A stretch of DNA of 64,000 nt from Sphingorhabdus sp. EL138 (GCF_945890115.1 NZ_CAMDCK010000010.1:33306-97305); one strand, 5' to 3'. Positions 53,151 through 63,797 are shown, counted from the stretch's first letter. Notes: generated from the sequence alone by a model not told the origin. Numbers and translations are program-made.

Positions 53151-54292
53151 TGCTGAACGGCGCACCCGCCCGCATATTGATTATCGCTGGGTCCGACAGC
53201 GGCGGCGGCGCAGGGATTCAGGCAGACATCAAAACGGTGACCATGCTAGGTGGCCATGCCATGACGGCGGTGACCGCGATTACCGCGCAAAACACGCTTG
53301 GTGTCGATGCCGTGCACATGGTCCCGACGCAATTGGTGATTGACCAAATAAGCGCAGTCGTGAGCGATATTGGCGTGGACGCTGTTAAAATTGGGATGAT
53401 TGGCAATGCCGATACCGCGCATGCGGTGGCGGACTGTCTTTCGGACCTATCCTGCCCGATCATATTCGACCCCGTTATGGTGGCCACCAGCGGGGCCGTT
53501 CTGGCCGATGCCGATACCATTTCGGCATTTGAACGGCTCATGCAGTTGGCCACGCTAACTACGCCTAATCTCCCGGAGATGGAGGCTTTGGGCGGCAAGG
53601 ATGCCTTGCTCGCGCGGCGCATCCCCTTTCTTTTAAAGGGCGGCCATGCGGACGGGGACGACATTGTCGACGCGCTGCATCTCGCGCCGGGGCAAAGCGA
53701 AAGCTGGCGCGATGCGCGGATACAGACGCGGAGCACACATGGCACTGGCTGTAGTTTGGCCACCGCTATCGCAACAGGCTTGGGGCAGGGGATGGACCTT
53801 GTCTCCGCCATAGAGCGCGCGCGCCTGTTCGTGCGGCTTGCTTTGCGCGACGCGCCGGGGCTTGGACAAGGTCATGGCCCGATGGGGCATCAATCGGTGC
53901 GGGAGGACGCTATGGTCGCTGGCCCGTCGCTCAACCATGTGACCGTGGGATGCCGCGATTATGCAGCGTCGGTCAATTTTTATAAGGCGCTTGGGCTTTC
54001 GTTAATCGTCGATAGCCCGTCCAAAGGCTATGCGCGATTTGAAGCGCCCAATGGCGTCACCTTTTCCATATATCAACATGACGATATCGCGACATCGACC
54101 ATCATCTATTTTGAAAGCAAGCGCCTCGACGCGTGGGTGACAGAACTCGTGAGCCAAGGCTATGCGTTTGAGCAGTTGCCGCAGGATGAAAGCTGGGGCT
54201 GGCGTGAGGCGCGCTTGCTGGATCCTGCGGGCAATATTGTGTGTCTTTACAAAGCTGGCGAAAACCGGCGCTACCCCGTTTGGCCGATATGA
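53150..54292 (+). CDS. thiD: Hydroxymethylpyrimidine/phosphomethylpyrimidine kinase fused to a C-terminal VOC/glyoxalase-like domain
   Basis: ThiD core (ILIIAGSDSGGGAGIQAD...THGTGCSLA) followed from about 53924 by SLNHVTVGCRDYAASVNFYKALG...WGWREARLLDPAGNIVCLY. TAATG overlap with glmM. Confidence 0.85.
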   Translation: MLNGAPARILIIAGSDSGGGAGIQADIKTVTMLGGHAMTAVTAITAQNTLGVDAVHMVPTQLVIDQISAVVSDIGVDAVKIGMIGNADTAHAVADCLSDLSCPIIFDPVMVATSGAVLADADTISAFERLMQLATLTTPNLPEMEALGGKDALLARRIPFLLKGGHADGDDIVDALHLAPGQSESWRDARIQTRSTHGTGCSLATAIATGLGQGMDLVSAIERARLFVRLALRDAPGLGQGHGPMGHQSVREDAMVAGPSLNHVTVGCRDYAASVNFYKALGLSLIVDSPSKGYARFEAPNGVTFSIYQHDDIATSTIIYFESKRLDAWVTELVSQGYAFEQLPQDESWGWREARLLDPAGNIVCLYKAGENRRYPVWPI

Positions 54293-54870
54293 TTTTTGGC
54301 GTCGACGAAGCCGGGCGTGGGCCGCTTGCGGGACCGGTGGTGGCGGCAGCCGTTTTATTGTCTAAACCGCGTCCGTCTGGACTGGATGATAGCAAGAAAC
54401 TGACCGCTGCGCGCCGTGCTGAGTTGGAGGCCACGATCAAACGCCGCTGCCAATGGGCGGTGGGCGTTGTCGAAGTCGAGGACATTGACCGCTTGAACAT
54501 TTTTGGCGCAACGATGCTGGCCATGACCTTGGCGGTGGATGCCTTATGCGCGAAACTTGGATGCGATCCGCTTGAGGTGTTGGTCGATGGCAATATGACG
54601 CCTTCGGGCCGCCGCCCTGAATGGCGCTGGACTGCACGGGCCATTGTCGGCGGTGACGCCATTGAACCCTGCATTTCAGCAGCCTCAATCATTGCCAAAG
54701 AACATCGCGACCGGATGATGTATGCGGCGGCGCAACGGCACCCGCATTATGGTTGGGAAAAGAATAAGGGCTATGGCACGCCCGACCATATGGCCGCGCT
54801 GCGTGCGCATGGTCCGACGCCGTTGCACCGGAAAAGCTTCGCGCCGGTCGCACAAATGCTTTTGCTGTAA
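54289..54870 (+). CDS. rnhB: Ribonuclease HII
   Basis: Starts at MIFGVDEAGRGPLAGPV (DEAGRG motif). ATGA overlap with thiD. Confidence 0.9.
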   Translation: MIFGVDEAGRGPLAGPVVAAAVLLSKPRPSGLDDSKKLTAARRAELEATIKRRCQWAVGVVEVEDIDRLNIFGATMLAMTLAVDALCAKLGCDPLEVLVDGNMTPSGRRPEWRWTARAIVGGDAIEPCISAASIIAKEHRDRMMYAAAQRHPHYGWEKNKGYGTPDHMAALRAHGPTPLHRKSFAPVAQMLLL

Positions 54871-54885
54871 TTTTTTTTGCCCAGT

Positions 54886-57301
<2,416 letters not shown>

Positions 57302-57374
57302 TCTACAGCCAATTGGCTGCCTTGACCCGATGCCCAATAGCGGGCAACTTCACGCCTTCAAGAGGAGTGAAAAA

Positions 57375-57794
57375 ATGCTAATGAAATATATCATTGGGTA
57401 CATTGCAACTGGCATCGCGTTTGCGGTCATAGACAGTGTCTGGCTGCGGACCATGTACACGCGGCTGTATCAGCCCGAGATTGGCGAAATGATGATGAAG
57501 AATGGTTTCCGTTTGGGGCCGGCCATTATTTTTTACCTGCTGTATATTTTGGGCATGATGATCTTTGCGGTCGGGCCAGCGTTATTGACCGGCAAGTGGC
57601 AGACTGCGCTTATTTGGGGCGCTTTGTTGGGCTTTTTCTGCTATATGACCTATGATTTGACCAATTATGCCACGTTAAAAGTGTGGAGCATGAAAGTTAC
57701 CATCCTCGACATCATTTGGGGCACATTTCTGACAGGCTCTGCCTCGCTGGTAGGTTTTTGGATGACGCAAGCTTTGCTTGGCAAAAGCACTTAG
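57375..57794 (+). CDS. DUF2177 family membrane protein
   Basis: 139 aa from MLMKYIIGYIATG..., with four TM helices. The track ORF starts at 57330. Confidence 0.78.
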   Translation: MLMKYIIGYIATGIAFAVIDSVWLRTMYTRLYQPEIGEMMMKNGFRLGPAIIFYLLYILGMMIFAVGPALLTGKWQTALIWGALLGFFCYMTYDLTNYATLKVWSMKVTILDIIWGTFLTGSASLVGFWMTQALLGKST

Positions 57795-58068
57795 GGGCAG
57801 GAACACTGAAAGCCACGAAGGTGGATTTAAGTGGTCCTGACCCTAAGCGGCGTCGCTAATCCCAAGGTAGAGACGTTTTTAACGTAAACTCTGTCACCCA
57901 TTTGCAGTCATGTCCGGCTGCTATGCGGATCCTCCAACTGGGGGTGGTACCGCAAATAGGTAAAGAGCTAATTAAGCAGTCATGATATTTTCTTTGTTCA
58001 TCGTGCTTGAGCATTGGAAAATCACCAGTTAAGGCGGTGGCGTAACATTGTTTTACTCGGAGGCTGTT

Positions 58069-58203
58069 TTGACAAACGATCATGACCTTGGACCCGCAAA
58101 GGAAACCTATGCGGGTTTCGTCACATTTTTCAAATGGGGCACAATTGTTAGCGCGATTGTAACCGCTATTGTGGTTTTGATCATCGCAAGTCGCGCGGCC
58201 TAA
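58069..58203 (+). CDS. 44-aa single-TM protein resembling aa3-type cytochrome oxidase subunit IV family (COX4_pro_2), leading the pnt operon
   Basis: Below the track cutoff. The TTG start at 58069 is 5 nt after GGAGG (58059-58063). It reads MTNDHDLGPAKETYAGFVTFFKWGTIVSAIVTAIVVLIIASRAA, and its TAA is directly followed by the pntAA ATG. Confidence 0.6.
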   Translation: MTNDHDLGPAKETYAGFVTFFKWGTIVSAIVTAIVVLIIASRAA

Positions 58204-59334
58204 ATGGTGAAAATTGCTGTCCTGAGGGAAACCACCCAAGGCGAAACGCGCGTTTCCGCATCACCTGAAACCGTCAAGAAATTCATCGCGCTTGGCGCGA
58301 CGGTTTCAGTCGAGAATGAAGCAGGCGCAGGGGCGTCCATTGGTGATAGCGATTATGCAAATGCCGGTGCTTCCGTTGGAAATCTGTCATCGGTGCTTAA
58401 AGACGCAGACATTGTTCTGGGTGTTCAAGGACCAGACCCTAAGGCGTTGAAGGGTATGAAGTCCGGCGCTTGGCTTGTGGCGGGGCTTGACCCCTTTGGC
58501 CAGCGGGCACGGGTGGATGCCTATGCTAAGGCTGGCGTAGAGGCGCTGGCGATGGAATTCATGCCGCGCATCACGCGTGCACAGTCGATGGATATATTGT
58601 CGTCGCAGTCGAACCTTTCCGGCTACAAAGCTGTTATTGAGGCGGCGTCGGTCTATGGCCGCGCCTTTCCAATGATGATGACTGCTGCTGGTACGGTCAG
58701 TGCCGCAAAGGCTTTCATCATGGGTGTGGGCGTTGCCGGGCTACAAGCCATTGCTACAGCGCGTCGTTTGGGCGCGCAGGTTTCGGCTACAGACGTGCGT
58801 TCCGCCACGAAGGAACAGATTGAATCCTTGGGTGCAAAAGCGATCTTCGTTGAGAATGTCGCCGGTATCGAAGGCGAGGGCGCTGGCGGTTACGCAACCG
58901 AAATGTCGGACGAATATAAAACAGCGCAAGCCGAATTGGTCTCCGCGCATATCGCCAAGCAGGACATCGTCATTACAACGGCGTTGATTCCGGGCCGTCC
59001 GGCACCGCGTCTGGTGTCCGACGCGCAAATCGCAAGCATGAAGCCAGGCTCCGTCATTTTCGACCTTGCCGTTGCGCAAGGCGGCAATGTCGAAGGGTCG
59101 AAGGCAGATGAGATCGTCATCAAACATGGCGTTAAGATTGTCGGTTACAGCAACACGCCAGCACATTTGGCGGCGGACGCATCGGCGCTCTATGCGCGCA
59201 ACCTGTTCAATTTCCTGTCCGCTTTTTGGGACAAGGAAGCTGGTATGCCGGTTTTGCCTGATGACGACGAAATTACCGCAGCAATTCGCCTGACCAAAGA
59301 TGGCAAGGTCGTGAATGAACGGCTTATGTCGTGA
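58204..59334 (+). CDS. pntAA: NAD(P) transhydrogenase subunit alpha part 1 (dI)
   Basis: 376 aa. Alanine-dehydrogenase/PNT N-terminal domain and Rossmann motif MGVGVAGLQAIATARRLGA. Confidence 0.95.
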   Translation: MVKIAVLRETTQGETRVSASPETVKKFIALGATVSVENEAGAGASIGDSDYANAGASVGNLSSVLKDADIVLGVQGPDPKALKGMKSGAWLVAGLDPFGQRARVDAYAKAGVEALAMEFMPRITRAQSMDILSSQSNLSGYKAVIEAASVYGRAFPMMMTAAGTVSAAKAFIMGVGVAGLQAIATARRLGAQVSATDVRSATKEQIESLGAKAIFVENVAGIEGEGAGGYATEMSDEYKTAQAELVSAHIAKQDIVITTALIPGRPAPRLVSDAQIASMKPGSVIFDLAVAQGGNVEGSKADEIVIKHGVKIVGYSNTPAHLAADASALYARNLFNFLSAFWDKEAGMPVLPDDDEITAAIRLTKDGKVVNERLMS

Positions 59335-59516
59335 TGCAAGGTGACGTCCGGGAAGCTGTATCTCGCCATCGCTGGTGGATAATATTGACTGTGGTTGTGA
59401 TGTTTGGATATTCAGTCAGTAAAGACATGGCGATGCGCGAAAAGGCGGCCGACGCGTTTAACGAGGCTGAGTCCGCCCTGCTCGACGGTAGTGGCCCAGT
59501 TGGGGGAGTTAGCTAG
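59334..59516 (+). CDS. Hypothetical 60-aa single-TM ORF coupled to the pntAA stop
   Basis: TGATG overlap with pntAA and one hydrophobic helix (WWIILTVVVMFGY). I recognise no family. Confidence 0.3.
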   Translation: MQGDVREAVSRHRWWIILTVVVMFGYSVSKDMAMREKAADAFNEAESALLDGSGPVGGVS

Positions 59517-59548
59517 GTGATAGGCATAGGTCTGGCTAGGAACAAAAT

Positions 59549-59999
59549 CCTCCCCTTCTGGGGGCGGTGGCAGCGCGAAGCGCTGACGGAGGGGGCCTGA
59601 AATGGAAGACCACACCCCAGAAGCTCTGATACTCGCTCGCAAATTACGCGGCGAGATGACTCTGCCGGAAGTTTTGCTGTGGCGTTTGCTAAAAGGCAAG
59701 CCGATGGGCTTGAAGTTCCGCAAGCAGCACCCGATCGAAAATTTCGTGTTGGATTTCTACTGCGTCCAAAAGGGCATAGCCATCGAAGTTGATGGCATCG
59801 CCCACGACATGGGCAATCGCCCCGAACGTGATGCCAGTCGGGACGCAAAGCTCCGCGCCTTGGGCATTGAAGTTATTCGTGTCCCTGCCGCCGATGTTTT
59901 GCGCGACGTTGAAAATGCTGCTGATGCCATCGGGCGCCTTTGTACCGATAGACCCCCACCGTCAGCCCTTCGGGCTGCCACCTCCCCCAATGGGGGAGG
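59549..59999. mobile_element. DUF559 endonuclease cassette bounded by 49-nt imperfect inverted repeats, inserted between pntAA and pntAB
   Basis: The left arm (59549-59597) and the reverse complement of the right arm (59951-59999) are identical at 41 of 49 positions. Each arm contains an internal hairpin. Confidence 0.6.
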
Positions 60000-60021
60000 A
60001 TTTACTGGAGCTCACTTATAA
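59602..60021 (+). CDS. DUF559 (Vsr-like fold) endonuclease-domain protein
   Basis: 139 aa. Contains ARKLRGEMTLPEVLLWRLLKG...KFRKQHPIENFVLDFYC...IAIEVDGIAHD...LGIEVIRV. The C-terminal 23 aa are translated from the right inverted repeat. The TAA overlaps the pntAB ATG. Confidence 0.85.
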   Translation: MEDHTPEALILARKLRGEMTLPEVLLWRLLKGKPMGLKFRKQHPIENFVLDFYCVQKGIAIEVDGIAHDMGNRPERDASRDAKLRALGIEVIRVPAADVLRDVENAADAIGRLCTDRPPPSALRAATSPNGGGFTGAHL

Positions 60022-60302
60022 TGGACTTTATTTCAATTTTATCCATCTTCGTGATGGCCTGTTTTGTGGGCTATTATGTCGTCTGGTCAGTAACACCTGC
60101 GCTGCACACGCCGTTGATGGCGGTGACGAACGCGATTTCCTCAGTCATCATCGTCGGTGCGTTGATCGCTGCGGCGGCAGACGGATCAACGACTGCTAAG
60201 TGGCTTGGCCTAATTGCGGTTGCCTTGGCTAGCGTCAATATCTTTGGCGGCTTTGCGGTCACGGCCCGCATGCTGGCGATGTACAAGAAAAAGGAGCGTT
60301 AA
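60021..60302 (+). CDS. pntAB: NAD(P) transhydrogenase subunit alpha part 2 (membrane, dII-a)
   Basis: 93 aa with three TM helices. Contains TPALHTPLMAVTNAISSVIIVGA. Confidence 0.92.
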   Translation: MDFISILSIFVMACFVGYYVVWSVTPALHTPLMAVTNAISSVIIVGALIAAAADGSTTAKWLGLIAVALASVNIFGGFAVTARMLAMYKKKER

Positions 60303-60303
60303 G

Positions 60304-61716
60304 TTGGAACATGTTGCTCCTCCCGCTTGGGTTATGCTCGCTTATTTGATTTCGGGCGTATTCTTCATATCGGCGCTGCGCGGACTATCGTCGCCGGCAA
60401 CATCGCAACGCGGTAACCGCTTCGGCATGGCCGGTATGTTGATTGCCGTGGTTACGACTTTGGTCACGCATGAAGTTGCGTCCTTGCCTGAAATTCTGGG
60501 TGCAATCGCCATTGGCGGCGGCATTGGTTGGGTTACGGCACGCAAGATTGCCATGACGGACATGCCGCAGCTTGTCGCTGCATTCCACTCTTTGGTGGGT
60601 ATGGCCGCAGTGCTCGTTGCTGCCGCCGCCTTCCTCAACCCTGTTGCCTTTGGCATTGTCGACGCAGATGGTCTGATAAACCCCGTCAGCCGCGTTGAAA
60701 TGGGCTTGGGTATCGCCATTGGTGCGATCACCTTTTCAGGGTCAGTCATCGCGTTTCTTAAGCTGGCGGGCAAAATGTCGGGTGCACCTATCCTCTTGCC
60801 GTTGCGCCATGTCATCAACTTGACCACTTTGGCGGCGATCCTTGGCCTTATAGGCTACTTCACTGTTGACCAAAGCCCTTGGATTTTCTGGACCGTTACC
60901 GCGCTGGCTTTCCTCATTGGCTTCTTGCTGATCATTCCCATCGGCGGCGCGGACATGCCCGTCGTGGTATCGATGCTGAACAGCTATTCCGGTTGGGCCG
61001 CCGCTGCCATGGGCTTTACGCTGCATAACACGGCGATGATCATCACCGGCGCATTGGTGGGCTCGTCAGGCGCGATCCTGTCCTACATCATGTGCAAAGC
61101 CATGAACCGCAGCTTCATCAGCGTTATCGCGGGCGGCTTTGGTGCCGAGGCAGCCGCCACGGGCGGCCCAGCCAAAGAGCAGCGCCCATGGAAGCGTGGC
61201 TCAGCCGAAGATGCCGCCTATATGATGCAGCAGGCGGAGAGCGTTATCATCGTTCCTGGCTACGGCATGGCGGTTGCGCAAGCGCAGCATATTTTGCGCG
61301 AAATGGCCGATGTTCTGAAAAAGCAGGGCGTCAGCGTAAAATACGCCATTCACCCTGTCGCGGGGCGGATGCCAGGCCATATGAATGTTTTGCTGGCCGA
61401 AGCGCAGGTGCCTTATGATGAGGTGTTTGAGCTTGAGGACATTAACAGCGAATTTGCGCAAACGGACGTTGCCTTCATCATTGGCGCCAATGACGTGGTC
61501 AATCCAGCCGCAAAAACTGACAAGACATCGCCGATTTACGGGATGCCTGTTTTTGATGTCGACAAAGCAAAGACCGTGTTCTTCATCAAGCGTTCCATGG
61601 GCGGCGTTGGCTATGCGGGCGTCGACAATGACGTGTTCTACATGGATCAAACGATGATGCTTCTCGCCGATGCGAAGAAGATGTGTGAGGACATTGTCAA
61701 AGCATTGCAGCACTAA
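60304..61716 (+). CDS. pntB: NAD(P) transhydrogenase subunit beta
   Basis: The TTG at 60304 is 7 nt after AAGGAG. Membrane domain plus dIII (PGYGMAVAQAQH, GANDVVNPAA). The track ORF starts at 60214 inside pntAB. Confidence 0.92.
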   Translation: MEHVAPPAWVMLAYLISGVFFISALRGLSSPATSQRGNRFGMAGMLIAVVTTLVTHEVASLPEILGAIAIGGGIGWVTARKIAMTDMPQLVAAFHSLVGMAAVLVAAAAFLNPVAFGIVDADGLINPVSRVEMGLGIAIGAITFSGSVIAFLKLAGKMSGAPILLPLRHVINLTTLAAILGLIGYFTVDQSPWIFWTVTALAFLIGFLLIIPIGGADMPVVVSMLNSYSGWAAAAMGFTLHNTAMIITGALVGSSGAILSYIMCKAMNRSFISVIAGGFGAEAAATGGPAKEQRPWKRGSAEDAAYMMQQAESVIIVPGYGMAVAQAQHILREMADVLKKQGVSVKYAIHPVAGRMPGHMNVLLAEAQVPYDEVFELEDINSEFAQTDVAFIIGANDVVNPAAKTDKTSPIYGMPVFDVDKAKTVFFIKRSMGGVGYAGVDNDVFYMDQTMMLLADAKKMCEDIVKALQH

Positions 61717-61837
61717 GCCAGAATGTACCACGCATCGCTCCAGCGGAATCTGGAGGGCAGCATGGCTTGCGGTATAATTGACAGGCATGCGTGTGCCCAG
61801 CCTTTGCTGGGACGACTGCTGTCGGGGGAAGTTGAAC

Positions 61838-62536
61838 ATGCGTAAACTCGGACTGATCGGTGGGTTAAGCTGGTATTCCACCGAAACATATTATGCGCGT
61901 ATCAATACTCAGGTCCTGCGGCGTACAAATGGTACATGCAATGCACCGTTGCTGATCGAGAGCCTCAATTTCTGTGACGTTGGCAAGGCCAGTACACCGG
62001 AAGACTGGGCGCATGTTGCAGATGTGCTAATCGCGTCAGCGCGCCGTCTGGAACAAGCTGGCGCCACCGCCTTGCTCATTTGCGCCAACAGCATGCATAA
62101 AGTGTTTGATGCGGTGGCAGGGTCTGTTTCGATCCCGTTCATCCACATTGCCGATGCGGTTGGTGCAAAAATGAAGGCCGATGCCGTTTCATCTGCTGCT
62201 TTGCTGGGTACCGCAAATGTCATGGCGGAAAGCTGGTATCGTCAGCGCCTAGTTAAGCATGGTGTTTCCTTGTTGCCCGCCGAAATGGATGATGTGAAAG
62301 ATCTAGAACGCATCATTTACGACGAACTGATGCACGGCGTGATCAAACGCGATTCCGAACGGACGTTGAAAACGATCATCACCGAAATTGATCAAGAAGG
62401 CATCAAAGCGGTTGTGCTGGGTTGTACCGAGTTAAGCATGCTGGTCGACACCAAAGCCAATGTCCTACCTATTTATGACAGCACCGAAATTCATGCTGAC
62501 GCAGGCGTCGACTGGATTCTTGGGGACCCAAACTAG
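61838..62536 (+). CDS. Aspartate/glutamate racemase family protein
   Basis: Starts at MRKLGLIGGLSWYSTETYY and has two conserved Cys regions (LLICANSMH, VVLGCTEL). The track ORF starts at 61778. Confidence 0.85.
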   Translation: MRKLGLIGGLSWYSTETYYARINTQVLRRTNGTCNAPLLIESLNFCDVGKASTPEDWAHVADVLIASARRLEQAGATALLICANSMHKVFDAVAGSVSIPFIHIADAVGAKMKADAVSSAALLGTANVMAESWYRQRLVKHGVSLLPAEMDDVKDLERIIYDELMHGVIKRDSERTLKTIITEIDQEGIKAVVLGCTELSMLVDTKANVLPIYDSTEIHADAGVDWILGDPN

Positions 62537-62630
62537 GCCGTGAACGCATAAAAAGCACCTTCGCGGCATCAAAATGGCAAAGAGATCGAAAGCAAAGGGG
62601 CGCCACAGGCGGTCATTCTGCCTGCAAGGT

Positions 62631-62978
62631 CTACTGACGCATGCGCCGCTTCAATTGATACTGGTCGCCATTCCAACCTTCAAAGACCGCATTAATACCG
62701 GGGTGGTTGATTGGACCTTGCTGATGGTCGGCAAGTAAATTCTGCTGGCTCACATAAGCGATATAGCTGCTCTCGGCATTTTCGGCGAACAGATGGTAAA
62801 ATGGCTGGTCTTTTGACGGCCGTACCTGCTCCGGTATCGATTGATACCATTCCTCGCTATTGGCAAAAACAGGGTCAATGTCGAACACCACGCCGCGAAA
62901 ATCAAATATGCGGTGGCGCACGACATCACCGATGGAAAACGCCGTTTCCACAATGTCTGGAGAGAGTGTTTGTTCATT
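62631..62978 (-). CDS. hspQ: Heat-shock protein HspQ / hemimethylated-DNA-binding YccV family
   Basis: 115 aa from MNEQTL.... Contains FSIGDVVRHRIFDFRGVVFDIDP...FYHLFAEN. The track ORF extends to 63032. Confidence 0.85.
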   Translation of the reverse strand, partial: NEQTLSPDIVETAFSIGDVVRHRIFDFRGVVFDIDPVFANSEEWYQSIPEQVRPSKDQPFYHLFAENAESSYIAYVSQQNLLADHQQGPINHPGINAVFEGWNGDQYQLKRRMRQ

Positions 62979-63113
62979 CATGGTTACAATATCATATCTT
63001 CTGGCGTGCAAATCAACCTTGTGGCTTGGCAAAGCGAAAAACTTCAGTTAATGGCCCCGCTCTGTCATGGGGATGCGCTGTTTTTTCGGCAATGACCAGT
63101 CCTTATGAATTGC

Positions 63114-63203
63114 GGAGAGATGGCTGAGTGGTCGAAAGCACCGCACTCGAAATGCGGCGTGCCGGTGACGGTACCTAGGGTTCGAATCCCTATCTCTCCG
63201 CCA
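63114..63203 (+). tRNA. tRNA-Ser (anticodon CGA) with encoded CCA
   Basis: Acceptor stem GGAGAGA/TCTCTCC. Anticodon stem CCGCA/TGCGG with loop CTCGAAA. Long variable arm. T-arm TAGGG-TTCGAAT-CCCTA. Confidence 0.95.
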
Positions 63204-63353
63204 ATTTTCAATCAAAGATCAGCGGCCTCCTTGCCCTTGCGCGAACCAATTCCTTAACCGCAGCGCGGTACGCTGCCTATCACATTTAACGTTCAGATGC
63301 GGTGTTAAACAAGGGTTGCGAATAGCAAGCAACGAAAACAAAACTCGGCCGCA

Positions 63354-63743
63354 TTATAGCGTCAGCAAATATGCAATGACTTGTTCGCGCGATTTAGGAT
63401 CCTGTATTCCATTGAAAGGCATTTTGGTGCCCGGCACGGTCTTTTTGGGCGAAGTGAGCCAGCGGTCGAGGGTCTTTGCATTCCATGTCAAACCAGACGC
63501 CTTCAGGGCAGGGCTATAGGCATAGCCTGCAAGCGAACCGGCCCTTCTGCCGCCGACACCCGCAAGACTTGGCCCGAAGAGGTTTTTGCCAGATTCTGTC
63601 GCGTGGCATCCGGCGCATTGGGCAAAAGCAGCGGGCCGCGCCTTTTGCGCTGAGGCAGGGCCAATGGACGTTACCATCAGCGCCATGGCAACGCAGAAGA
63701 CAGATCCAGACAGGCGCAGCATGAAGGGCACAATATTACTCAA
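63354..63743 (-). CDS. Class I c-type cytochrome (secreted)
   Basis: 129 aa with a signal peptide, the heme motif CAGCH, and a distal Met in GTKMPF. Confidence 0.85.
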   Translation of the reverse strand: MSNIVPFMLRLSGSVFCVAMALMVTSIGPASAQKARPAAFAQCAGCHATESGKNLFGPSLAGVGGRRAGSLAGYAYSPALKASGLTWNAKTLDRWLTSPKKTVPGTKMPFNGIQDPKSREQVIAYLLTL

Positions 63744-63761
63744 ATGGTGGAATGAATGGAC

Positions 63762-63792
63762 GGCGGCGGAATGACCCGCCGCCGCCTTTTTC
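63762..63792. terminator. GC hairpin with T5 between katG and the cytochrome c gene
   Basis: Stem GGCGGCGG (63762-63769) paired with CCGCCGCC (63779-63786), then TTTTT on the plus strand. The U-run orientation is opposite to katG, so the assignment is uncertain. Confidence 0.45.
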
Positions 63793-63797
63793 CGTGT

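Noticed and set aside
57856-58239. 127-aa minus-strand ORF upstream of pntAA
   Set aside because: It overlaps the pntAA start and the well-supported 44-aa micro-ORF on the opposite strand. It is Cys/His/Asn-rich with no family resemblance and has no ribosome-binding site.
63204-63353. Integration scar or genomic island at the tRNA-Ser 3' end
   Set aside because: There is no duplicated tRNA 3' segment and no integrase. The next genes (cytochrome c and katG) are ordinary chromosomal genes.
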